From Vulcanimicrobiota bacterium (lineage in GTDB: Bacteria; Vulcanimicrobiota; Vulcanimicrobiia; Vulcanimicrobiales; Vulcanimicrobiaceae), in contig CAVZQC010000002.1 of NCBI GenBank assembly GCA_963777315.1, forward strand, positions 288,001 through 352,000: a stretch of DNA of 64,000 nucleotides, written 5' to 3'. The translations under genes were made by a program, and so were the position numbers. The notes under the pieces are model-generated. The model had not been told where the DNA came from, made no database searches, and was given only the letters and a program-made list of their open reading frames with translations. Numbering within the stretch: the first letter of the stretch is position 1; each line of letters opens with the position of its first letter. Below are positions 19,581 to 27,814 of this stretch, piece after piece.

Positions 19581-20195
19581 CGCGCGAGCGATCTCGCCGA
19601 AGGAACCAAAGGCCGTAAACGGCACGCCGCGCGCTTTCAGAAACCGTTCGAGCGCGCGGCCCTTGCGCGCAAAGCGCCGGTCCGCAGCCACCGCGGCGGC
19701 GTAATCGGATGTGCCGTCGCCGACGTACACGATCGTTTCACCGGGTGTCCGTGCGGCCTTTACTGCGGCCGCCTTGTCGTGTCCGTAATCGGAATCGTCG
19801 CGAAACGCCATCCGCCATCCGTTCGGATCGGGCACGGCGCCGTTGGACAGCAGCGGGACGCGCTCGAGTCCGTTCCGCGCCAATGCGCGTTCGATCAGCG
19901 GACCAAGGCCGCAGCTCAGGATTGTCACGGGCACGCCCGCGCGTTCGCATTGCGCGACGAACGGCGCAAACGCCGGATCGAAATGGGCCATGCTCGCGAC
20001 CGTTTCATCGGCCTGCTCGAACGTGCACTTCAAGAGCGCAGCCTGCGCGGCGAGCGTTTGGCGCAAAGTCACCTCGCCGGTTTCCAGGCGCTCTTCCAAG
20101 TTGTCCCACGCGGGCGCTCCGGCATACACTTGAACGAGTAAGTCGAAGGTATCGCGATCGGTGATCGTGCCGTCGTAGTCGACGAACACGCGCAT
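19563..20195 (-). CDS. HAD-IB phosphatase, MtnX-like
   Basis: DYDGTIT, LSCG, GHDK, YVGDGTSD; start overlaps the rne stop. Confidence 0.85.
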   Translation of the reverse strand: MRVFVDYDGTITDRDTFDLLVQVYAGAPAWDNLEERLETGEVTLRQTLAAQAALLKCTFEQADETVASMAHFDPAFAPFVAQCERAGVPVTILSCGLGPLIERALARNGLERVPLLSNGAVPDPNGWRMAFRDDSDYGHDKAAAVKAARTPGETIVYVGDGTSDYAAAVAADRRFARKGRALERFLKARGVPFTAFGSFGEIARALLLGS

Positions 20196-22915
20196 CAACT
20201 GCTTTTCTTTTTTCGCGTTCCGGTTTTCGCAGCGGCGCTTTTGCGCGCCGTCGTTTTAGGCGCGGCTTTCTTACGCGCCGCAGTGGGTTTGGGTTCGGCT
20301 GCGGCCTTCGGCGCTGCGGGTTTGCGCGTGCGCTTGGGCTGGGCTTGCGCGGCCGGCGTAGCTGCTTCGGCCCTTTTACGAGACGTGCGCCGCTTGGGTG
20401 CTGCCGCGGCGCCGTCTGCCGCAGGCGCCGGAGAAGCTGCCGGAAGCGCCTTGGTCACAGCGGACGCGAGCTCGCCCCCTTTTATCGGAGCCTCCTTGGC
20501 TGCCGAATCGCGGCGGCGCCGCGCCGGTTTGGTCGGCTTAGTGTCCTCGTCCGGCGCGCGCAGGTGCGGCGGCGGCGGCTCGACGGCCGGCGGCTGCGCT
20601 TTGCGGTTCCAGGGCGCAATGGCGCGCACCGGCTCGCGCGGCGCGGTTTCACCCGTCGGCTCGGCGCTGCCGTCCGCCCCTACGCGGAAAATGTGACGGT
20701 CCGGCACAGCCGACGGCGCGGCCGCGGCAAGTTGCTCCGCTCCGGCCCCTCCGCGACCCCGGCGGCGACGACGACGGCGACGGCGGCGATGCGCCCCCTC
20801 GCCGTCAGGTGAAGCGGCCGCGACCTGCTCTTCGGATTCCTCCGGCTCGGCTTGACCCTCTACCTCGGCCTGGGCTTGGGCGCTGTGCTGCGGAATGCCG
20901 GCCTGTGCCGCCTGCAGCATCTCCTCACCGCGCCCTCCGCGTCCTCTGCGCCGGCGGCGGCGGCGCCGATGGCGCCCTTCGTCCGCAGGCGCTTCGCTTT
21001 GGCCGATGACGATGGCTTCGGGTGCGTGTTCGCCTTTGGTCTCGGCGACGGACAATCTGTCGGCGCGCTCTTCCTCTTCGGTAAGCGTCGTAATGCCGAT
21101 GGGGGGCCGGGCTTGGGAAAATTTTGCGGCTTCCTCGGCCAGCGCGCGCAGCTGTTCGGTTTGTTCGGCGGCCGTAGGCGCTTTCTGACCACGCCGGCGG
21201 CGGCGCTTCTTTTCGGCGGGAGCGGCTGCCGTGAGCTCGGCCAGCGCGGAGTCTTCCTCCACGTCGATCAGCTTAATCCGCGCCGTTTGACCGGCCATGC
21301 CGGCTGCATTTTCAACTTCGATGATTCGCCCGCCGATGACCGTGGCGGCCGAGGTCGCGTTGGGCAAACGCCCGGCAAGCAACTCCACTTCGTGTTCGTC
21401 GCCGACTCGCAGCACGCCGTCGGCTTTGAACGCGGCCACGTTGCGAAGCCGCACTTTTTCGGGGTGCAGCATCGGATCGACGCGCACGTGAAGCGGCGCG
21501 CCGAGATCTTCGCTCAAACGCTTGCATTCCTCGTCGTACCAGAATTCGAGCTGCGCGGCGACCGTCGGGGCGGTTTCCAGCAGCAGGGCGGGATGATCGG
21601 CGGCCTGCTGCGCGTTCGCCGAGCCCTGGGAGCGTATCTTGCGCAGCGCATCGATGGCGATGGACTGCGAGGACATCACGGTGCCCAAACCCGCGCAGGT
21701 TGGACAGCTGCCGCGCAGCTGCGACCCGAGATCCTTGCCGACGCGTTTGCGAGTAAACTCCAGCAGTCCCAAATTGCTGAACGACTGAATGGTCGCGCGC
21801 GTGCGATCTTTGCGTAATCCCCCTTCGAGCGTTTGAATGACTTTGTTGCGCGACGCTTCGGTGTTCATGTCGATGAAATCGCACACGATGATTCCGCCGA
21901 TGTCCCGCAACCGCACTTGACGCGCGATTTCCGCCGCAGCTTCGATGTTGGTCTTGACGATCGTATCTTCCAGGTTCTTACCGCCGGTGAATTTGCCGGA
22001 GTTGACGTCGATGACCGTCAAGGCTTCGGTCGTTTCTATAACGATGGAGCCGCCCGAAGGAAGGTTGATCTTCGGCTTCATCAGTTTGTGGAGCTCTTCC
22101 TCGATTTTGTAATCCGCGAAGAGCGCGCGCCCGGAATTGTAGTACTCGACACGGTCCAGATACTGCGGGCCGAGCAGCTGAAGGAAGCTGCAGACTTTCT
22201 TGTACTCCTGCTCGTTGTCGATAAAGACCCTATCGACGTCTGCGGTGATGAAGTCGCGCGCCGCCTTGTACACCAAATTCATGTCTTTGTGCAGCAGCGC
22301 GGGAGCCTGCGCGCGTTTGTACGATTCGAGGATGCCATGCCACATTCGAATCAGTACGCCCAAATCGGCGATCAGTTCGGCTTCGCTCACGCCGCCGGCC
22401 GCAGTCCGTACGACCGTGGCCATGCCTTCGGGGCGGATGCGTTTCATGACGGCTTTGAGCCGGTTGCGTTCTTCGGCCGATTCGATCTTGCGCGAAACGC
22501 CGCTGTACTTGCCCGTCGGCATGAGGATGAGATAGCGGCCGGGCAGCGAGATGTTCGTGCTGATGCGCGCGCCTTTGAGCCCGCGAGGTTCTTTGACGAT
22601 CTGCACGAGCACGTCGTCGCCGCGGTTGACCTTTTCGCTGATCGTCCAGCCGCTGCGGCCTTGCGTTATTTCGACGTCGCCGATGTTGAGCGGCGTTTTG
22701 TTGATGTCGTCGACGTACAGAAACGCGTTACGGCCCAAGCCGATGTCGACGAAACTTGCGCCCATTCCGGGCAAAACGTTTTGAACTTTACCTTTGTAGA
22801 TCGAGCCGATGACTTTTTCTTCGCGCTCGACGTAGATTTCCGAGAGGACGCCCCCCTCGAGGATGGCAACCCGGTTTTCCCACGGGTCGCTCGAGATGAG
22901 AATCTCGCTTGACAA
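20195..22915 (-). CDS. rne: Ribonuclease E/G family protein with a long Arg-rich disordered C-terminus
   Basis: GSIYKGKV..VLPGM..FVDIG (S1 domain), KEPRGLKGAR, VIDVNSG, DFIDM, CPTCAG zinc link, poly-Arg tracts. TTG start at 22915 chosen; an in-frame ATG exists at 22951. Confidence 0.93.
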   Translation of the reverse strand: MSSEILISSDPWENRVAILEGGVLSEIYVEREEKVIGSIYKGKVQNVLPGMGASFVDIGLGRNAFLYVDDINKTPLNIGDVEITQGRSGWTISEKVNRGDDVLVQIVKEPRGLKGARISTNISLPGRYLILMPTGKYSGVSRKIESAEERNRLKAVMKRIRPEGMATVVRTAAGGVSEAELIADLGVLIRMWHGILESYKRAQAPALLHKDMNLVYKAARDFITADVDRVFIDNEQEYKKVCSFLQLLGPQYLDRVEYYNSGRALFADYKIEEELHKLMKPKINLPSGGSIVIETTEALTVIDVNSGKFTGGKNLEDTIVKTNIEAAAEIARQVRLRDIGGIIVCDFIDMNTEASRNKVIQTLEGGLRKDRTRATIQSFSNLGLLEFTRKRVGKDLGSQLRGSCPTCAGLGTVMSSQSIAIDALRKIRSQGSANAQQAADHPALLLETAPTVAAQLEFWYDEECKRLSEDLGAPLHVRVDPMLHPEKVRLRNVAAFKADGVLRVGDEHEVELLAGRLPNATSAATVIGGRIIEVENAAGMAGQTARIKLIDVEEDSALAELTAAAPAEKKRRRRRGQKAPTAAEQTEQLRALAEEAAKFSQARPPIGITTLTEEEERADRLSVAETKGEHAPEAIVIGQSEAPADEGRHRRRRRRRRGRGGRGEEMLQAAQAGIPQHSAQAQAEVEGQAEPEESEEQVAAASPDGEGAHRRRRRRRRRRGRGGAGAEQLAAAAPSAVPDRHIFRVGADGSAEPTGETAPREPVRAIAPWNRKAQPPAVEPPPPHLRAPDEDTKPTKPARRRRDSAAKEAPIKGGELASAVTKALPAASPAPAADGAAAAPKRRTSRKRAEAATPAAQAQPKRTRKPAAPKAAAEPKPTAARKKAAPKTTARKSAAAKTGTRKKKSS

Positions 22916-23167
22916 CGTTGTACCTAGTCCTTTAGCGACGCTGCGGTTCATGCGGCGTCGAATTGCGCGCCCTCACTCGGACTTCGCCCGGCGGGCTGCC
23001 CGCCTGCCCAATCGTCGAACGGTATTCCACGAGACAGGGCGCGCTGATTGTAATTTTGTACGGTTCCGAGGCAGCCTCATAACCAGCAAGGCGCCTTCGG
23101 TCCGCCACAGCTTCCAGCCGCGGCGCAAGCGGACCTTCCAAGATGCCGGCGCGAGCGCCGGTAACCT

Positions 23168-23446
23168 TTAGTATGCCGGAGGCGAATACACGTTGAACGT
23201 GACGGCATCGCGCGAACCGCGATTCTCGAAACGGTGCGCCGCGCCTTTGCCCACGATGACCGAATCGCCGCTTTTCATGGTGAACGTCCGCTCACCGAGC
23301 TCGGCATGCAGCTCGCCTTCGACCAGGTACAGCACCTGCTCGCTGGCGGCATGCTCGTTCTCTTTGGGTCCGCTCCCCTCGCCCGGAGCAAGCGTCATCC
23401 ATGCGGTCTGCGATGCTCTACTGGTTTCGATGACGGAAAACTTCAT
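23168..23446 (-). CDS. Cupin domain protein
   Basis: NEHAASEQVLYLVEGE and GDSVIVGKGAAHRFENRG cupin motifs; ATG at 23446. Confidence 0.85.
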   Translation of the reverse strand: MKFSVIETSRASQTAWMTLAPGEGSGPKENEHAASEQVLYLVEGELHAELGERTFTMKSGDSVIVGKGAAHRFENRGSRDAVTFNVYSPPAY

Positions 23447-23466
23447 ATATCCGTTGTTCCCCACCG

Positions 23467-24600
23467 TTACGCGTTGCCCAGCATTCCGCGGTCCTTCTGC
23501 GCGTAGATGTTGAGCAGCACGCCGACCGCGGCGAAGTTCGTTATGATGGCAGACCCGCCGTAAGACATGAACGGCAACGGAATGCCGGTGATCGGCATGA
23601 TGCCGATGGTCATTCCGACGTTGACGATGATGTGAAAGGCGAACATGCCGACGATCCCGGCGGCCAGCAGAAAGCCGAAGCGATCGCGCGCCGCGACCAT
23701 CGCTTGGATCCCGCCGTAGATTAGGCCGACGTAGCAGACGATGAGCGCCAGAGCGCCTAGAAAACCCAGCTCCTCGGCCACGACGGTGAAGATGAAATCG
23801 CGCGAATGTTCGGGCACGAAATTCAACTGCGTCTGCGTGCCGTGGTGCAGGCCGCGCCCGAACCACTGCCCGCTGCCGACGGCGATCTTCGACTGGTCCA
23901 GATTGTAGCCGGCGCCTTGCGGATCGGCTTTGGGATTGAGAAAAACTAGCAGTCGCGCTTTTTGAAACGGTTTGAGGATGAAGTTGGTCGCGACCGTGAA
24001 TGCAGCCGTTCCCGCTACGCCCGCAGCATACAACATGAAATACTGCACCTTCTCCAGCCCGAAGAAGAGCTGCGTGGTAAGAATCGCAAGCAGGACGAGC
24101 GTCGTGCCGAGATCGGGCTGCTTGACGATCAGCAGAGCCGGAACGGCAATGGCGACCAAGGGCCGTGCCAAATCTTCCACGCGGCGAAAGGGCCATTTGC
24201 ATAAGCCCCACGCGATGAAGATCGCCAGGATGAGCTTTGCGGGCTCCGAGGGCTGAAAGGTTCCCAGCGGTCCCAGCGAGATCCAGCGCTGAGCGCCCAT
24301 CGCGTTGTGGCCGCCCTTGAGCACGAACGCGAGCACGAGCAGATTCGCGCCGTACAGCCAAGGCGCCCATCGCGCGAAGCCGTGGTAGTCGATCCGCGAA
24401 AACGCGTACATGACCGCAACGCCGACGACGGCGTAGAAGATTTGCTTTTTGTATTCCGACGCGGCATCGGCGTTATGCAGGTCCGCCGACTGGATGGCGA
24501 TGATGCCGAACAGCGTGAGCACCGCCGCCGCGGCGATGAGATACCAGTTGACGTTGCGCAGATAGCGCCGCGTCTCATACGGCAGAGCTAGGGTAGCCAT
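23467..24600 (-). CDS. rodA: Rod shape-determining protein RodA
   Basis: GAQRW, FQPSE, QPDLGT, PEHSRDFIF, EELG, SYGGS; downstream of minE. Confidence 0.95.
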   Translation of the reverse strand: MATLALPYETRRYLRNVNWYLIAAAAVLTLFGIIAIQSADLHNADAASEYKKQIFYAVVGVAVMYAFSRIDYHGFARWAPWLYGANLLVLAFVLKGGHNAMGAQRWISLGPLGTFQPSEPAKLILAIFIAWGLCKWPFRRVEDLARPLVAIAVPALLIVKQPDLGTTLVLLAILTTQLFFGLEKVQYFMLYAAGVAGTAAFTVATNFILKPFQKARLLVFLNPKADPQGAGYNLDQSKIAVGSGQWFGRGLHHGTQTQLNFVPEHSRDFIFTVVAEELGFLGALALIVCYVGLIYGGIQAMVAARDRFGFLLAAGIVGMFAFHIIVNVGMTIGIMPITGIPLPFMSYGGSAIITNFAAVGVLLNIYAQKDRGMLGNA

Positions 24601-24677
24601 CTCTGTTGGAATATCGGCCGGCGGCGGGGTTGTGCCCTGTCAGGCGAGCGGGCCGGGGCGCGCCCGGGAAGCGTCGA

Positions 24678-25130
24678 TTACGTTGCCGTAACGGGGTTAC
24701 CGTTTTGCGAAGCCGCGGCCGATCTTTTGCGGCGGCGCTTGCGCGGGGCGGCGGCGGGTTGTTTGGGTTCGGCTTGGTCTTCGCTCGGCCGTTCGGAGTC
24801 TGTGGCGACCGGTGTCGAAGCGACCGGCTGGGCATGTTCGCGCGGTTCGGGCGGTGCGCCGCCGTCGGGGCCGGAGTTGCGGTTCACTCCCGTAATGGGA
24901 ATGTTCGCGAGCATTGCCAAGGCACGGTCCTGGTTTTCGAAATGTACGTCGATGCGCTCGCGGTCGACTTCGACGTACCGCGAAACCACGTCGATCAGAT
25001 CGCGCTTCATCGCCTCGATCATCTCGGGCGCGAGCGAGAGATGGTCGGACATGAGCACCAGGCGCAACCGCTCTTTGGCCGTAGCGCCCGAGCTCTGCCG
25101 CCCGAACAGGCGATTGAGAAAGTCGATCAT
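24678..25130 (-). CDS. minE: Cell division topological specificity factor MinE with a C-terminal extension
   Basis: MIDFLNRLFG amphipathic N-terminus, AKERLRLVL, VVSRYVEV, ANIPI. Confidence 0.9.
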   Translation of the reverse strand: MIDFLNRLFGRQSSGATAKERLRLVLMSDHLSLAPEMIEAMKRDLIDVVSRYVEVDRERIDVHFENQDRALAMLANIPITGVNRNSGPDGGAPPEPREHAQPVASTPVATDSERPSEDQAEPKQPAAAPRKRRRKRSAAASQNGNPVTAT

Positions 25131-25132
25131 CG

Positions 25133-25993
25133 CTAGCGGCGACCTCCGAAGAACGAACCGATCCTGGACACGAGAGTTTCTTTGTATTCCACCGTCGGGG
25201 CCGCGACGTTTTCGCCGGCCATTCGCGCCGCGATCGCGTGGTAGGCCGCAGCGGTTTGCGAGTCGTTCCGCAACGCAAGCGGCTCGCCTTTGTTGGTGGA
25301 CACGATCACTTCGGGCTCGTCGGCGATCACTCCCAGCAGCGGCAAGCGCAGAATCGAATTGACGTCCTGCACGGAAAGCATCTTGCCCTTTTTGACCAGC
25401 TGCGCGCGCACGCGGTTGACGATGAGCTGCGGCGTAAAGGCATTGCCGAGCAATCCCACCACGCGGTCGACGTCGCGCACGGCCGAAACCTCCGGCGTGC
25501 AGACGACGATCGCTTCCTGCGCCCCCGCCACGGCATTGTGAAAGCCGTGCTCGATGCCGGCCGGACAATCGATGAGCACGTAGTCGAAACGCTCGCGCAG
25601 CGTTTGAACCAGCGCAATCATCTTCTGCGTATCGACTTCCTCTTTTTCGCGCGTTTGGGCCGCCGCAAGCAAATGCAGCGACGGCGAATGCTTGTCGCGC
25701 ACCAGCGCGTCGTCGATGGAAGCCTTGTGTTCGAGCACGTCGAGCACGTGAAACTTCACGCGGCTTTCCAAGCCCATCACGATGTCGAGGTTGCGCAAAC
25801 CGACGTCGGCATCGATCAATGCGACGGTCGCGCCGCGCCGCGCGAGCGCGGTACCGAGGTTCGCGGTCGTGGTCGTCTTGCCCACGCCGCCTTTGCCCGA
25901 CGTGATGACGATCGCGCGTCCGACTCGGCCCTTCGATGGCGCGGGGGCGCTTTGGCTGCGCGCATCGTCGAGCGGCTGTCGAAGAACCTGCAT
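25133..25993 (-). CDS. minD: Septum site-determining protein MinD, second paralogue
   Basis: SGKGGVGKTT, DADVGLRNLD, DCPAGIEHG, PEVSAVRD, amphipathic C-terminus. Confidence 0.9.
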   Translation of the reverse strand: MQVLRQPLDDARSQSAPAPSKGRVGRAIVITSGKGGVGKTTTTANLGTALARRGATVALIDADVGLRNLDIVMGLESRVKFHVLDVLEHKASIDDALVRDKHSPSLHLLAAAQTREKEEVDTQKMIALVQTLRERFDYVLIDCPAGIEHGFHNAVAGAQEAIVVCTPEVSAVRDVDRVVGLLGNAFTPQLIVNRVRAQLVKKGKMLSVQDVNSILRLPLLGVIADEPEVIVSTNKGEPLALRNDSQTAAAYHAIAARMAGENVAAPTVEYKETLVSRIGSFFGGRR

Positions 25994-25994
25994 C

Positions 25995-26786
25995 CTAACC
26001 TGCTTTCAGCGCCCCGAAAAGGCGTCCGAAGAATCCGGGCCCCTCGAGGTTGGTAAATGCCGCCAGCTCGCCTTCCAAACGGCGAGCGATCTTGTCGTAA
26101 ATCACCGTCAACCGATTTGCCGCGCCCAGGACGATCGGCTCGCCCTTGTTGGTCGTGTCGATGATTTCTTCGTCGTCCGGCACGATGCCGAGCAGTTCGG
26201 CGGAAAGGATCTCGCACACGTCGTCGACGGAAAGCATGTCGCCGGTGCGCACCATTTCGGGGCGGATGCGGTTGACTATCAGCCGCACGGGCATCGAGCG
26301 TTCGACCAGTTTTCCGATCACGCGGTCGGCGTCGCGGATCGAGCTGACTTCGGGCGTGGTGACGACGACCGCTTCGCGCGCCCCGGCCACCGCATTGCGG
26401 AAACCGTGCTCGATGCCTGCCGGACAATCGATGAGAACGTAATCGGCCATCGCTGCAAGTTCGTCGATGACGCCGGCCATCTGTTCTTGCGTGACCGCGT
26501 TCTTGTCGCGAGTTTGGGCCGCGGGCAGCATCGACAGCGATTCGAAGCGCTTGTCTTTGATGAGCGCCTGGCGCAGTTGGCAGCGGCCTTCGATCACTTC
26601 GACGACGTCGAAGACGATGCGCTTTTCGAGGCCGAGCACTAAATCGAGGTTGCGCAGTCCGATGTCCGCATCGACGAGCACGACGCGGTGCCCGCGCTTG
26701 GCAAGCGCGGCTCCCACGTTGACGGTGGTGGTCGTCTTGCCCACGCCCCCTTTGCCGGAAGTAAAAACGATCTTGCGAGCGCTCAC
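25995..26786 (-). CDS. minD: Septum site-determining protein MinD
   Basis: SGKGGVGKTT, DADIGLRNLD, DCPAGIEHG, PEVSSIRDADR, C-terminal GFFGRLF membrane-targeting sequence. Confidence 0.95.
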   Translation of the reverse strand: MSARKIVFTSGKGGVGKTTTTVNVGAALAKRGHRVVLVDADIGLRNLDLVLGLEKRIVFDVVEVIEGRCQLRQALIKDKRFESLSMLPAAQTRDKNAVTQEQMAGVIDELAAMADYVLIDCPAGIEHGFRNAVAGAREAVVVTTPEVSSIRDADRVIGKLVERSMPVRLIVNRIRPEMVRTGDMLSVDDVCEILSAELLGIVPDDEEIIDTTNKGEPIVLGAANRLTVIYDKIARRLEGELAAFTNLEGPGFFGRLFGALKAG

Positions 26787-27625
26787 GTCGGTATGTTCTC
26801 CATTGAAAAGATCGCGATGCGGTCATCGTGAACGCACGCCATTTCCGGTTCTCTTGCGCCGAGCTTGCGATCTCCCGCGTCGGCGGCGATAAAAGTTGCG
26901 ATGCGCAGCTGCGTGGGAGAAAGGTCGATCGCGAAGACTCTGGCCAGCGCGTCGCCCTGCGCGCCCGCATGCGCGACCCCGCGGAGCGCGCCGAACACCA
27001 GGATGTCGCCGCTGGCGACGAGCTCGGCGCCCGGATTGACGTCCCCGACGACGACGATGTTGCCCAGATGCTGCAGCGCCTGGCCGCCGCGCAAGGTGGC
27101 AGTGTGGTAGAGCGTCGTGCTTTCCGTCTCACCCGTGGGCGCGAATGCGGCGTTTGAAGCGGACAGCGCGGGCTGCGCCTGAGCGAGCCTGCGCACGCTG
27201 GCCTCCCCGCGCTGGCGCCGCGAGGCGATGTCCGCCCGCGCGCCGGCAAAATCAGCTACCAGCGAGCGCGCCGCGTCCGAAAGGCGAATCTCGCGTTTGG
27301 GACGCAGCGCGCGCCGCCGGGCAAGTTCCTCGCCCCCGTCGTCAGCCACCACGAATTGCAACCCAAACGCTTGCGCCAGCCGTTCTATGTGGAGACCGCC
27401 GCAAAGCGCCACCAGTGCAATGCCGTGGTCGCGCAGGACGACGCGCAGACGCTCGAGCTGCTCTCCGGAGACGCTCGAGCCGTTCAGCGCGGCAGTGGCA
27501 TTCGTCCCGTTGTAAAAGCCGGGACGTTCGCCGAGCTTGCCCTGCAGCTCGGCAAAGGCCGCCTCGAAATCTCGTCCTCCCAACGCGATCTCCAGGCCCG
27601 TGCCCTTGCCGCGCAACACCGCCAT
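26783..27625 (-). CDS. minC: Septum site-determining protein MinC
   Basis: TLRGGQ, GDVNPGAEL.ASGDILVFGALRGVAHAGAQG, PTQLRIA. Start uncertain (ATG 27625 or GTG 27628). Confidence 0.92.
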   Translation of the reverse strand: MAVLRGKGTGLEIALGGRDFEAAFAELQGKLGERPGFYNGTNATAALNGSSVSGEQLERLRVVLRDHGIALVALCGGLHIERLAQAFGLQFVVADDGGEELARRRALRPKREIRLSDAARSLVADFAGARADIASRRQRGEASVRRLAQAQPALSASNAAFAPTGETESTTLYHTATLRGGQALQHLGNIVVVGDVNPGAELVASGDILVFGALRGVAHAGAQGDALARVFAIDLSPTQLRIATFIAADAGDRKLGAREPEMACVHDDRIAIFSMENIPT

Positions 27626-27698
27626 CACCGGTGGCGGTTCGACGAGCGCGGGGGGCGCGCACCTTTGCCCTCCACAGGCGGTGCACAAGTTCTTATGG

Positions 27699-27707
27699 TT
27701 ATCCACA
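27699..27707 (+). promoter_or_regulatory. Perfect DnaA box TTATCCACA in the minC / M48 divergent intergenic region
   Basis: 9/9 match to consensus; lies 1 nt downstream of a minus-strand TACGAT -10-like hexamer (27714-27709). Confidence 0.6.
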
Positions 27708-27814
27708 TATCGTACACACTTTGGCGCGTGGTAACGGCGGACAGCCGGGCCGCGTTCTTGAAGTGCTCAGCGCTGTAACATCGGCCCACCGCCGTGGGTA
27801 GGGGAACGCAATCC

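Noticed and set aside
20750..21215. Tandem CGG/CGA repeats
   Set aside because: These are Arg codons of the RNase E tail, not independent repeats.
27626..27814. Replication origin
   Set aside because: Only one perfect DnaA box, no AT-rich unwinding element and no dnaA/dnaN nearby.
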